A program made the position numbers and the translations under genes. A DNA stretch of 64,000 nt from Candidatus Binatia bacterium (GTDB lineage Bacteria; Desulfobacterota; Binatia; Bin18). Of this stretch, positions 40,776 to 50,737 are shown one piece after another. Within the stretch, counting starts at the first letter, position 1. Each line of letters starts with the position of its first letter. The notes below the pieces were generated by a model that was not told where the DNA came from, searched no databases, and worked only from the letters and a program-made list of their open reading frames with translations. Location: assembly GCA_963666315.2 (NCBI GenBank), contig CAXXHG010000015.1:223497-287496 (forward strand). The letters run 5' to 3'.

Positions 40776-40875
40776 TGTGCTCCTTTCGCTGGCATTACCC
40801 AGATCAGGTTCCAGGGGTCGATACACATGCCATAGCAGCGTACCCTCTCAGCCGAAAATTCAGCTCCCCAACACC
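40776..40875 (-). promoter_or_regulatory. TPP (THI-box) riboswitch
   Basis: Minus strand reads GGGGAGC...GGCTGAGAG...GACCCCTGGAACCTGATCTGGGTAATGCCAGCGAAAGG, upstream of thiC; boundaries approximate. Confidence 0.95.
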
Positions 40876-40907
40876 TTATTGATGCAGGGTATGCTATGCC
40901 GCCTGGC

Positions 40908-42285
40908 TCAGACTGTCAACGCGTTCCTGCCTCGCAATAACCGGTATATAGGAACGCCACCAGCGCACAGTCCGATGCCGATCCCGCATTCCACCGGCCG
41001 CTCCCAGATCGTGTTGAGCAGAATGCCGATAGCCCCGAGGAGATAGATCGCCGGCAGCCAAGGATACCCCCACACAGCATACGGACGGGGCAATTCGGGG
41101 TGCCGCCGTCGCAATACAAATACGGCGCTCACGGCTAACGCAGAAAATCCGACCAGGGAAAACGTTGTATACGTCAAAAGCTGCTCGAACGTACCGGACA
41201 GAATTAAGACCGACGTCCAGGCGGCCTGAACAAAGAGGGCCGTACCTGGCGTCCTAAAACGAGGATGGACGTGTGCGGCAGCTGAGAAGAACATCCCATC
41301 CCGCGCCATAGCATAATAAATACGACCGCCGGTCAGGATCACGACGTTAAGGGCACCACCGATGGAGAGCGCGATAATCGCCGCTACTGGCCAAGCCTGG
41401 GTGCCGCCAAATAAAGCCGACGCAGCGAGTTCGCCAACGTGAATAGTCCCACGTAATTCCGGGATGGGCACGGCATACAGATACAAGACGTTGAGCAGCA
41501 GATAGATTCCCATGGTGATCCCCGTTCCCAGAGCCAGCGCACGCGGCAGAGTCACACCGGGCTCATACACTTCACTGGCCACATAGGCTGCGGCATTCCG
41601 GCCGCTATAGGTGAACATGATGGGAATGAAGGCAAAGCCGAGGGTGCCGAGAGTTCCACCTGCTGCGGGGAATGCAAAATGATTCCAGTCGCCCTGCCCC
41701 CAGCCAAAACCGATAATGACCAAAACCAGGATAGCAAGCAGTTTACTCGTACTAACAATGTTCTGGATAACGCTGCCGAGCTGTAAGCCCAGATAGTTCA
41801 AGACAGAAATAAACCAGACCAGAGCAATGCCAAGACCTTGGATCCATGTCACCGAGATAAAAGGCCCGAGAGTCCACACCGGGTCAGCGGCCGCAGAACC
41901 GACAATCGGGCTTAGGAGATAGGAAGCCAACACAATGGCCAGGACGGCAATCGATCCGGAAAAATTGGCGATGAACGCAGCCCAAACCGCTCAGAAATCC
42001 CCACAGCGAGCCAAAAGTCTCACGCAGGTAGACGTACTCGCCACCTGCGTGGGGAAAGAGGGTGGCCAGTTCGGACCAGGTGAGGGAGCCAGCCAAAGAC
42101 AGCAGGCCACCGACAAACCACATGCCGAGAAGCAAACCAGCATCAGGTACATGCTCGGCGACAATGCCGGTTGAGGTAAAGATGCCAACACCAATGGTGT
42201 TGCCCACCACCAGCATGGTCGCGCTAAACAAACCGAGCGATGGACGGAGGGAGGGCAGTCGGGCTGGGGGGCTGGGAGTTAGTCA
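40908..42285 (-). pseudogene. APC-family amino acid permease, frameshifted
   Basis: LGLFSATMLVVGNTIGVGIF...AGGEYVYLRE continues in another frame as WAAFIANFSGSIA after an extra base in GGTTTGG (about 41985). A second extra base is likely in the C6 run near 42270. YSGRN occurs where YSGWN is usual. Confidence 0.8.
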
Positions 42286-42306
42286 CCGGAATATTCTTGG
42301 CCCGTG

Positions 42307-43497
42307 TTATTTTCTACACTCCGTCTTGCCATACGCAAACGTCTTTTCCCCTGGGACGTGCTTGAGTTCACTCTCCTCCCACATCCAATCAATCGATTGT
42401 CCGGTGTGATCCCGCTCTCGTTCTAAATAGTCGCTGACCGCCTCGTGCAGCCGTGGGTCGCTGAGAGAGTGCATACTTATCGTTGGTTGGGGGTCAAATC
42501 CGCGCAGCCGTTTGAAGTCGCCGCCCGCGCCCGGTTCGAATCGAATAAAATCGTTCTCAATGCAGTGCCAAATGGCCGCGTAATAACTCACATTGAAGTG
42601 CAGATGCCGTAGCTGACGAAGCACGCCCCAATAACGACCGTACAACACGCCGCTCTTCTGGACATTGAACGTGCCAGCGATAATCTCGCCGTGCTGCCGG
42701 GCAACCACAAAACACATATTGCGCTTAAAACGCTCAGCCAACAAATCAAAGAACTCAGGCAGGAGATACTGGCGTCCCCAATATAAATTGTTCACCGTGG
42801 CTTGATACAGCTCAAACATACCGGGAAACATTTCGTCAGGAATCTCCTCGCCGCTCAACACCTCTATCTCGACACCGAGCTTTTCCATCTCCCGCATTTC
42901 GCGTTTGATCTGATTGCGGCGTTTGCTCCGAAAATGGGCGAGGTAATCGTCAAACGTCTGGTAGTTGTGATTCAGCCATTGGTACTGAATGCCCACCCGC
43001 TTGAGATAACCGATCTGAGACAGAGCTTCGGCTTCGTCCGGCAAACAAAAATTGACATGGACGGAAGACAGGCTATTGCGTTCACACACTTCCCGCAGGG
43101 TTTTGCCTAAGATTTGAATCAAGCCCTTTCGATCCGAACCCGGCGCCGTCAGAAAGCGTACACCGGTGGCCGGCGTAAATGGGGCCGCGACAAGAATCTT
43201 TGGATAGTACTGAATCCCCGCCCGCTGGGCCGCATCAGCCCACGCATGGTCGAAGACAAACTCGCCCATGCTATGGCCCTTGAGATACATGGGACAGGCC
43301 GCAATCAGGCGCTCGGCATCATACACCGTGAGATGCTGAGGCTGCCAGCCGGTTTTGGCCAGTACGCACTGCGACTCTTCGAGACAGGCCAGCCAATCCC
43401 ATTCAAGAAAAGGCGAGCCATCAGCGACGAGTGCGTCCCACTCGTCACGTCCCACCTCTTGCAGACTATTCAGTATTTTGACTTGCAGTCCGGACAT
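42307..43497 (-). CDS. FemAB-like GNAT-family protein (DUF482 type)
   Basis: YLKGHSMGEFVFDHAWA, YYPK...PFTPATG, LYGRYWG and FEPGAGG motifs; start set to ATG 43497. Confidence 0.9.
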   Translation of the reverse strand: MSGLQVKILNSLQEVGRDEWDALVADGSPFLEWDWLACLEESQCVLAKTGWQPQHLTVYDAERLIAACPMYLKGHSMGEFVFDHAWADAAQRAGIQYYPKILVAAPFTPATGVRFLTAPGSDRKGLIQILGKTLREVCERNSLSSVHVNFCLPDEAEALSQIGYLKRVGIQYQWLNHNYQTFDDYLAHFRSKRRNQIKREMREMEKLGVEIEVLSGEEIPDEMFPGMFELYQATVNNLYWGRQYLLPEFFDLLAERFKRNMCFVVARQHGEIIAGTFNVQKSGVLYGRYWGVLRQLRHLHFNVSYYAAIWHCIENDFIRFEPGAGGDFKRLRGFDPQPTISMHSLSDPRLHEAVSDYLERERDHTGQSIDWMWEESELKHVPGEKTFAYGKTECRK

Positions 43498-43589
43498 GGG
43501 GAACCAGATACCAGAGTTTGTGGTGGGGCTACTAGAGTGGAGAATATCGCGCACAACACCCCTGCCCCCCTCTCAGCGATCATGCTGTA

Positions 43590-44454
43590 TCAATCATCAA
43601 TCAGCAGGGGTGGACGCGCGGTCCGAAACCCAGCGGCGTTCCGATGGCCCCCACCGCCGTATTGTTTGGCGATCTCACTCACATCAAAATCACCCACGGA
43701 GCGCAGACTCCACTCGCGCCTATCCTCCCCAGCGTCTCGATAGCTGGCACTAAACGGGGCATGGGGAAACAACTCACACAGCCGATGGCCGACATCGGAA
43801 ATGCTGCCCGTCGCGTTTACGACTGGAATACGATGGCCCGCCAGCTCCATCCACATGATCGCCGTGGATAACTCATCCACATCTTGGGCTTGTTTGCGAA
43901 CAATGGCTTCGCCGTCTGGGATCAGATGGGTAATGGCCTGCTCGTCGGCCAAGCGCTCCGCCCACACGGTGAAATCGTACGGATAGCTGCGGATGGCAGC
44001 ATTGACCGCCTGGCTCGCCGGCAAAGCGTGCCGCCACAAGTCCCGGTCTTTAATATAGAGCAAGAGCTCGGGACAGTCCGTGTCCGGATGGAAATACCGC
44101 CAGGCCAACGTTGCTCCGGACTCTTCCATATCGAAGGTCACAAATAAGCCCGGACGGGCCTGGGTCCGGCTCGAAACGTGGCGGTGACTCACCGATTCCT
44201 GTCAGCGCAGCTTGTGCGGATTTATGATGGTCAAGGATGGTGATGTGCAGGACACGTTCGCGGAGCTGAGCCAGTTGCTGCGCCGGATAGGCAAAATCAA
44301 CCAGAAACAGCCGCTCACAGTCCGGCATATCCGGCGGTGGCACCCCATGGCGTACGGCCACATAGGTTGCCACGTCCCCAAGCCGCTTCCAAGCGGCCCA
44401 GGCCGCACCAAAGCCGTCCGGGCAATGAGCGTGGTAGAGAACATAGTCGCGCAT
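43590..44454 (-). pseudogene. DHH/DHHA1 phosphoesterase (nanoRNase-like), frameshifted
   Basis: The 5' frame has YH..C.DG, VDF and LDHHK; the 3' frame has ESGATLAW, DRDLW, SLRS and GGGGHRNAAGF. A single +1 shift lies near 44160. Confidence 0.82.
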
Positions 44455-44517
44455 CAGGGTCTCCAGATAGAAAACAGGCTATCCACAATTTGACTCAGTA
44501 TAGCACTTCCTGTCTAA

Positions 44518-44582
44518 CAACGACTTTTTGCAACGACTTTTTGCAACTACTTTTTGCAACGACGGTTTGCAAGGACCTTTTG
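44518..44582. repeat. Tandem array of five 13-bp units
   Basis: CAACGACTTTTTG x2, CAACTACTTTTTG, CAACGACGGTTTG, CAAGGACCTTTTG. Confidence 0.93.
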
Positions 44583-44685
44583 GAAGGGTATTTCTCTGGT
44601 CCAGCCGAACGGATATGTAATACGGGCCGGGACTGAAGGCCGTACAGAAGGTCCCAGACGCTATATCGCAAAAGACTGTAATCTT

Positions 44686-46722
44686 ATGCAATCCGGAGCC
44701 GTTATTCTCTACCGCGAACGCGGACGCCTGGCCCTTGGTGTGGTCCTCAAAATTATCACAACGGGCAAGGCGCCTATTGAAATTATGGGAGCAGACAACA
44801 AGAAGCTCACCCTTCCCCGTGATCGTATTCTTTTTGACTGCCGGAGCACGATTCCACGTGACCTCTCCCCCATGGACCGCAAAAAACATTTTACAGAGAT
44901 GCAAACTCAGATTAGCGCGTACGCCCAAGCGATCGATCTCAAAGAGCTCTGGGAGCTGCTTGAGGCGGAAACCGCAACCATATTCTCATGGCAGGAACTG
45001 GCAGAGTTTGTCGTCTCGTCTGAAGATCCGTTGGCTACTGTCGGCGCGCTGGAAGCTCTGTTGAGCCAAACGCTGTATTTCAAAGAAAAGCAGGCCGGCT
45101 TTTTTTCACCTCGAGACGCAGAGAGTATTGAAGAGAGCCTGCGCCAACAACGCATCGAACTCGAAAAGGCACGCGCGCAGCAGGAATTCCTCACCTGGAT
45201 TGAGACTCAACTTACGGAAACGACTGCGGCTCAGCCACGGTCAGAGCATACACAATTTCTGTCTCTGCTCCAGGGCCTGGCCCTGTATGGCGACGGGTAT
45301 GAGAAACGGCCCCAAGCGCTCCAATTACTAAATTCCATAAGCTTTCAAGGCAAGGGCCATCCTTGGGATGTCGCGTTTCAGCTCCTCGTCAAGCTCGGCA
45401 TTTGGCGCCAGGAGGAAGAGCTGAGCATTCTGCGCTACCACATTCCGATCCGTTTTTCAGAGGAAGCCTTGCAAGCCTCCAACAACCTGCCCGCCTTCAA
45501 CCCAGATGCGGCGGACTGTGGGGACCTAGAAGATCTGACGAGGCTGGACACCTTTACGATTGACGACGTGGATACCGCCGAGATCGACGATGCACTCAGC
45601 CTGTCAGAACAGGACGGTAAGCTGCTCATCGGCGTTCATATTGCCGACGCGGGCTATTGCGTCCCTCCAAGTAGTATTTTAGACAAATCTGCACTGGCGC
45701 GGGGTACCACCGTGTACCTGCCCAGCGGCAATTTCCCCATGCTACCGCCGGCGGTCAGCCAAGAGCGGGCGAGTCTGGTTGCCGGCCAACTCAGGCCGGC
45801 ACTCAGTTTTTTTATTCATATCGACCAAGCCGGGCAACTGCATCCGGAACGTATTACGCGGAGTATCATCCGCGTCACCCAGCGTCTTTCGTATGATGAG
45901 GTTGACGCGATTCTCAAAGACGAGAGCGCACAACCCTATCGAGCCACGCTCCAACAGCTTGCAAGTTTGGCCCAAAAACGGAATACCCAAAGAATTGCGC
46001 AGGGGGCCATTATTATTAACGGAGCTGAGGTCAAAGTCAAAGTCGTTGATGGGGCCATCACCACCACCCTGCTGAATAGCGACTCGCCTGCTCGGAGCCT
46101 CGTCAGCGAGTGCATGATCATGGCGAATGAAACGGCCGCCCGCTATTGTTATGAACAGCTCGTTCCGGCACTGCTCATAGGCCAGCCGCCACCAGACGAT
46201 ACGGTTCACGACAAAGCAGATTTTCCCACTCAGCGAGTTTATGTGCATGCCGCCCGGCGACTCATGAATCCCTCACAGATCGGCACCACGCCGGAAGCAC
46301 ACGCGGCCTTGGGGCTCGAGCTGTATACGCAGGTGACCTCACCCTTGCGCCGCTACCTTGATCTCCAAATGCACCACCAACTCAAGCATCATTTGCAACA
46401 CGGGAAACCATTGTTTGATGAGGGCCAACTGCAGATTGTGGCGGCGAGTGCGCAAGCCGCGAGTACCGACGCACGTCGCTGCGAACGCGAGAGTACGCGC
46501 TTCTGGTTACTCAAGTTTCTGGAAGCGCAGAAAGGGCAGATAGTCAGCGGCCAAGTCGTACGTGAAGGGCATCGGCGGCTCTTTGTCGAGTTGGATGAGA
46601 CCTTGCTCGTTGTCCCACTCAATAATGCGCAGTCGCTGCCACTTGGCACACCCGTCCGCCTCAACATTCACCAGGTAGACGCAAGACGAGATACCATTAG
46701 CCTGCGGTTGGTTGAAGCCTGA
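44686..46722 (+). CDS. RNB-domain exoribonuclease (RNase II/R family)
   Basis: TIDDVDTAEIDDALS, VHIAD, RGTTVYLP, LVSECMIMAN and YTQVTSPLRRYLDL motifs; start set to ATG 44686. Confidence 0.93.
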   Translation: MQSGAVILYRERGRLALGVVLKIITTGKAPIEIMGADNKKLTLPRDRILFDCRSTIPRDLSPMDRKKHFTEMQTQISAYAQAIDLKELWELLEAETATIFSWQELAEFVVSSEDPLATVGALEALLSQTLYFKEKQAGFFSPRDAESIEESLRQQRIELEKARAQQEFLTWIETQLTETTAAQPRSEHTQFLSLLQGLALYGDGYEKRPQALQLLNSISFQGKGHPWDVAFQLLVKLGIWRQEEELSILRYHIPIRFSEEALQASNNLPAFNPDAADCGDLEDLTRLDTFTIDDVDTAEIDDALSLSEQDGKLLIGVHIADAGYCVPPSSILDKSALARGTTVYLPSGNFPMLPPAVSQERASLVAGQLRPALSFFIHIDQAGQLHPERITRSIIRVTQRLSYDEVDAILKDESAQPYRATLQQLASLAQKRNTQRIAQGAIIINGAEVKVKVVDGAITTTLLNSDSPARSLVSECMIMANETAARYCYEQLVPALLIGQPPPDDTVHDKADFPTQRVYVHAARRLMNPSQIGTTPEAHAALGLELYTQVTSPLRRYLDLQMHHQLKHHLQHGKPLFDEGQLQIVAASAQAASTDARRCERESTRFWLLKFLEAQKGQIVSGQVVREGHRRLFVELDETLLVVPLNNAQSLPLGTPVRLNIHQVDARRDTISLRLVEA

Positions 46723-46742
46723 GATTCTTCCAAGAGGACAGT

Positions 46743-47555
46743 TCACCACATCACCATGCCGCCGTCGATATTGAGTGACTGCCCGGTGATATAGGACGCG
46801 TCAGGCGTACACAAATAGGCCAGGAATTTTCCGATTTCTTCGTCCGAGCCCGGCCGCTTCAGGGGTATCAGCTGTTTGATTGTTTTATCCCACGTCTCGC
46901 CCCGGCCCAGGTCGTCCATACGCGACGTATCAATAATCCCAGGACAAATGGCATTGACCCGAATATTGTGCGGAGCCAATTCCATGGCCAGTGCTTGGCT
47001 GAAGCCCTGAATGCCGAAGTTTGACGTGCAGTAGGCAAGCATATTGGGATTGCCCTTTTTTCCGGCGATAGACGAGATATTGAGGATACTGCCCCCCTGT
47101 CCATGTTGAATCATAGTCGGCACCACAGCCTGACTCATCAGAAAACTGCCGGTCAACTTAATGTCGAGTACTTTTCGCCATACGTCTTCCGGCAACTCGG
47201 TCAACGGGACCCGATCCCGTCCACGGGCAAAGGCGGAATTATTGATTAATATATCAATCCGTCCAAACTCCTGACGTGTCGCCTCCACCGTCTGTTGCAC
47301 AGCGACGCGATCTGTCACATCGGCAACAAGCGCTAGGCAACGCCGCCCAACCCCGTGTACCTGCTCGGCTGTGCTCTCGATGTCGCGCCAGCCCGCAGCC
47401 GTTTCATCCGCTGGATAGTGTTCAGGATCCCGTCCGGTTCCAGTCACCACAATATCCGCGCCGAGTCCGGCCAGGGCTAGGGCAGCGGCACGGCCTATGC
47501 CGCGCAGACGTCCAGCTCCGGTCACAATGGCAACTTTTCCAGCAAGACTGCCCAT
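46743..47555 (-). CDS. Short-chain dehydrogenase/reductase
   Basis: TGAGRLRGIG, ISSIAGK and IRVNAICPG motifs; the catalytic motif reads YCTSN rather than YxxxK; start at ATG 47555. Confidence 0.9.
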   Translation of the reverse strand: MGSLAGKVAIVTGAGRLRGIGRAAALALAGLGADIVVTGTGRDPEHYPADETAAGWRDIESTAEQVHGVGRRCLALVADVTDRVAVQQTVEATRQEFGRIDILINNSAFARGRDRVPLTELPEDVWRKVLDIKLTGSFLMSQAVVPTMIQHGQGGSILNISSIAGKKGNPNMLAYCTSNFGIQGFSQALAMELAPHNIRVNAICPGIIDTSRMDDLGRGETWDKTIKQLIPLKRPGSDEEIGKFLAYLCTPDASYITGQSLNIDGGMVMW

Positions 47556-47572
47556 AACGCTCCTCACATCCT

Positions 47573-47605
47573 AAAAAAGGGAGGGGCCACCGAACCGTGC
47601 GCCCC
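47573..47605 (-). terminator. Terminator-like hairpin after the dienelactone hydrolase gene
   Basis: Minus strand GGGGCGCACGG-TT-CGGTGGCCCC-TCCCTTTTTT. Confidence 0.5.
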
Positions 47606-47623
47606 GATCAGCATTGCTCGGTA

Positions 47624-47641
47624 TTGACCGGCATTGGTCAA
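47624..47641. promoter_or_regulatory. Palindromic candidate operator upstream of the SDR gene
   Basis: TTGACC-N6-GGTCAA. Confidence 0.4.
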
Positions 47642-47666
47642 CATTATCACGCGGTCTGAGTGCGCT

Positions 47667-48407
47667 TTACGAACCAAGCTCTTCCGCAAATAAACTTTTC
47701 ACCCGCTCCCACGCATCTGTTGCAGCGGGCTCATTATAGGAAGCACGCTGGTCGCAGTGAAAGCCATGGTCGGCTTCAGAATAGACCACCACCTCATGCC
47801 GGATATTGTTTGTCTGGAGCGCGCTCCGGATCTTGTTTACATCAGACAGAGGGATGTGCGCATCTTTTCCGCCAAACAGACACAGGATCCGGCCCTCAAT
47901 CTGGCTGGTTCGTCCCACGGTCGAGGGTTGACCGCCAAAGCCTTGATCCCCAGCAATGCCCCCACCATAAAAGCTGGCTGCCGCTTTCACATCGGTCTCA
48001 CAAGCAGTCAGATAGGTCATGTGGCCGCCCACACAGAACCCCATTACGCCGATTTTGTTGCCTATAACGGAATTTTGACGCTTGAGAAAAGAAAGCGCAG
48101 CCTGGGCGTCAGCAACCATCTCGTCCGCTTTGAGCTGACTGAGGAGTTTAATGCCGTCATTCATGCCCTGCTCGTCATAACCATATTCAACGCCTGGCCC
48201 AGTACGGTGAAAATAGTCGGGGGCCAGGGCAACATAGCCCTCTTGTGCGACTCGTTGAGTGACATCTTGTATATGAGAATTGACACCAAAGATTTCCATG
48301 TACACGATCACAGCGGGGCGCGGAGTAGCATCCGTTGGTCGGACTAAATAGCCGCCCATGGTCTGGTTCCCGACATTAATATGTACACGCTCGGTCGTGA
48401 TATCCAT
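47667..48407 (-). CDS. Dienelactone hydrolase family protein
   Basis: EIFGVN.HI, GYVALAPD, GFCVGG, FYGG and ADHGF motifs. Confidence 0.94.
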   Translation of the reverse strand: MDITTERVHINVGNQTMGGYLVRPTDATPRPAVIVYMEIFGVNSHIQDVTQRVAQEGYVALAPDYFHRTGPGVEYGYDEQGMNDGIKLLSQLKADEMVADAQAALSFLKRQNSVIGNKIGVMGFCVGGHMTYLTACETDVKAAASFYGGGIAGDQGFGGQPSTVGRTSQIEGRILCLFGGKDAHIPLSDVNKIRSALQTNNIRHEVVVYSEADHGFHCDQRASYNEPAATDAWERVKSLFAEELGS

Positions 48408-48647
48408 TATCGTCCTCCTTATCTCCTGATTTGCCTAATTCAATTGATCTGATACGTGACGTTTCCGCCACAAAGAAGGGGGATCGTGATCGGGCTCCCC
48501 GCCGTGCCCCCTGTTCTCACATACCCTCAAACCCTCGTCAAGATGTTGGTGGTGTGATACACGCAGACCGATCAGACAGGAGTTCGGTATGCCGCGTCCC
48601 GTGGTATTTCTTGTGTACTTTTCATTTGCCCAACTGGAGCAGTATCC

Positions 48648-50504
48648 ATGAGCGACGCCTCACTTGCCGTCATGATTCTCGACCAGGCACGACGCTACGG
48701 TTCGAAGCGCGTATTTCAGCGCAAACGGGGAAATCGTTGGGACGACATCGCCTGGCAACAATTTGGAGAGCAGATTGTCCACGCCGCTCAAGGGCTGGCC
48801 GCGCTCGGTTTTCAGCCGGGCGAGCGCCTGGCCATTCTTGCCGATAATCGACCCGAGTGGCCGCTGATCGATCTGGCCTGTCTCTACCTGGGCGGGGTCG
48901 ATGTCCCACTCTATCTCACCAGTCATCCGAATGATTTAGCCTATATTCTCAAAGACGCCGGCGTCACGTTCTTGGCAGTAGCGGGAGACGATCAGCGCCA
49001 AAAGATCAAACAGATTGCAGCGCAGGTTCCGACACTTTCCCAGGTCATTAATCTTGACCACGGGCCGGACGACGAGTCTGACGGTGCGTCTTCTCCTCAA
49101 GAGGGACGACTTGGTCATCTCCCATCTCTCAGCCTGAAAGACTTACTCGCGCGAGGCGCGCAAGCCGCAGGAGCGACTCAGCCGGTCTCTTACCCGGACT
49201 TAGCCACCATCATTTATACCTCCGGCACAACGGGCCGGCCTAAAGGCGTCATGCTGACCCATGCCAATATGCTAGCCAATGCCCAGGACGCCACACATAT
49301 CTTATCCATTACGGAAGCGGACCAAACCATCTCATTCCTACCGTTGTCACATAGTTTTGAGCGCACTGCCGGGCTGTATACTATTTTGCGAGCGGGCGCG
49401 TGTATTGCGTATGGTGGCGGCACAGTCACCCTCACCAAAGACCTGGGCGAAGTTCGCCCCACCCTATTTTGTTGTGTGCCTCGGGTATTAGAGCTGGTGT
49501 ACCGGCGCGTCTTCAGTGAAAAAGAAAACGCACCGTTTGGCAAGAAACAGATTTTGCGCTGGGCTCTGGATGTGGGGCAGGCGGCCGGTCGCGTGCGGAC
49601 CGCAGATTCAACCGGCGAGGCGCCCTTGCCGCTGCTTCTCAAACTACAACACCGCGTGGCGGATCGTCTGGTTTTCCACAAGCTACGCCACGTCCTGGGC
49701 GGACGGATCCGATTCCTCGTGTCGGGTGGTGCGCCCCTCAACCCTGAGATTGCTCGTTTTTTCTTCGGCGCAGGAATCACCGTGTATGAAGGCTATGGGC
49801 TGACCGAAGCGGGGCCGATTGTCGCCTGTAATAGCCCGGGCCTGAACCGCGTGGGAACAGTCGGCCCCGCCCTGCCGCAAGTCACGGTGCACATCGCCCC
49901 AGATGGTGAGATTTACGTTCGTGGCCCGAACGTGATGCAGGGCTATTACAACAAACCAGAGGACACGGCGCAGGCCATAGATGCCGAGGGATGGTTGCAT
50001 ACGGGTGATGTGGGAGAAATCGATGCCGCAGGCTTTGTCACTATCACGGATCGAAAAAAAGACCTGATTATCACCTCAGAGGGCGAGAATATTGCCCCGC
50101 AACCCATAGAAGGACTCTTTCGGCAAGATCCACTCATTGAAGAAGCCTGTCTCATTGGCGACCAGCGTCCGTATTTGACCGTATTGCTCGTGCCAAACCG
50201 AACCTTGGTCGAAACGACAGCGCAAAAACGTGGCTTGAGCCAGGACTGGGAGGCCCTCCTGAACCATCCGACGATACGCAGCCTCTTTCGCCGGCGTTTC
50301 GATACAGTCAATAAGAGTTTACCCGTGTATGCCCGGATGCGTAAATTTACCCTGCTGACCAAACCCTTCTCTCAAGAGCGGAATGAGTTGACCCCGACCC
50401 TCAAGGTCAAACGGCGTGAAGTGCTGCTCACGCGGCAGGCAGAGATAGCCACCATGTACCCGACACGCAGTCTCCCCCCTGCCACCGAGTCTCAAGCCTC
50501 TTAG
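48648..50504 (+). CDS. Long-chain fatty-acid-CoA ligase (AMP-dependent)
   Basis: YTSGTTGRPKG, LPLSHSFER, EGYGLTE, WLHTGD and ELTPTLKVKR motifs. Confidence 0.94.
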   Translation: MSDASLAVMILDQARRYGSKRVFQRKRGNRWDDIAWQQFGEQIVHAAQGLAALGFQPGERLAILADNRPEWPLIDLACLYLGGVDVPLYLTSHPNDLAYILKDAGVTFLAVAGDDQRQKIKQIAAQVPTLSQVINLDHGPDDESDGASSPQEGRLGHLPSLSLKDLLARGAQAAGATQPVSYPDLATIIYTSGTTGRPKGVMLTHANMLANAQDATHILSITEADQTISFLPLSHSFERTAGLYTILRAGACIAYGGGTVTLTKDLGEVRPTLFCCVPRVLELVYRRVFSEKENAPFGKKQILRWALDVGQAAGRVRTADSTGEAPLPLLLKLQHRVADRLVFHKLRHVLGGRIRFLVSGGAPLNPEIARFFFGAGITVYEGYGLTEAGPIVACNSPGLNRVGTVGPALPQVTVHIAPDGEIYVRGPNVMQGYYNKPEDTAQAIDAEGWLHTGDVGEIDAAGFVTITDRKKDLIITSEGENIAPQPIEGLFRQDPLIEEACLIGDQRPYLTVLLVPNRTLVETTAQKRGLSQDWEALLNHPTIRSLFRRRFDTVNKSLPVYARMRKFTLLTKPFSQERNELTPTLKVKRREVLLTRQAEIATMYPTRSLPPATESQAS

Positions 50505-50666
50505 AGGGGGTCTAATAAGTATCTCTGTGGCCAAAGCCCGCGCGAAAACGGCGTGACCAAGGCGCCCGAAGCAGCCATAGCCGCTGTGCTATGGCGATGG
50601 AGGGAAACGCTGGACACGCGGGTTGCAGCCGGGCGGCGCCCAGAATGGACTTTTTGGCCACCCACT
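50503..50666. mobile_element. MITE-like non-autonomous element (~164 bp)
   Basis: Imperfect 18-bp terminal inverted repeats (AGAGGGGGTCTAATAAGT / ACTTTTTGGCCACCCACT, 13/18); TTA on both flanks (50501-50503 and 50666-50668); internal hairpin GCCATAGC...GCTATGGC. Confidence 0.5.
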
Positions 50667-50737
50667 TAACGTCTCTTGTGTTAGTGTGGGGGAGTCGCAG
50701 TTCGGAGGATGAATCGGTATCATAGCTGTTCGATTTA

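Noticed and set aside
43863-43881. Two DnaA-box-like 9-mers (CGTGGATAA, TCATCCACA)
   Set aside because: Each has a mismatch and both lie inside DHH coding sequence; likely chance.
44518-44582. 13-bp array as a CRISPR array
   Set aside because: The units are contiguous with no spacers and are too short, and no cas genes are present.
44554-44685. N-terminal extension of the RNB ORF from TTG 44554
   Set aside because: It starts inside the 13-bp repeat array without an RBS; ATG 44686 is more plausible.
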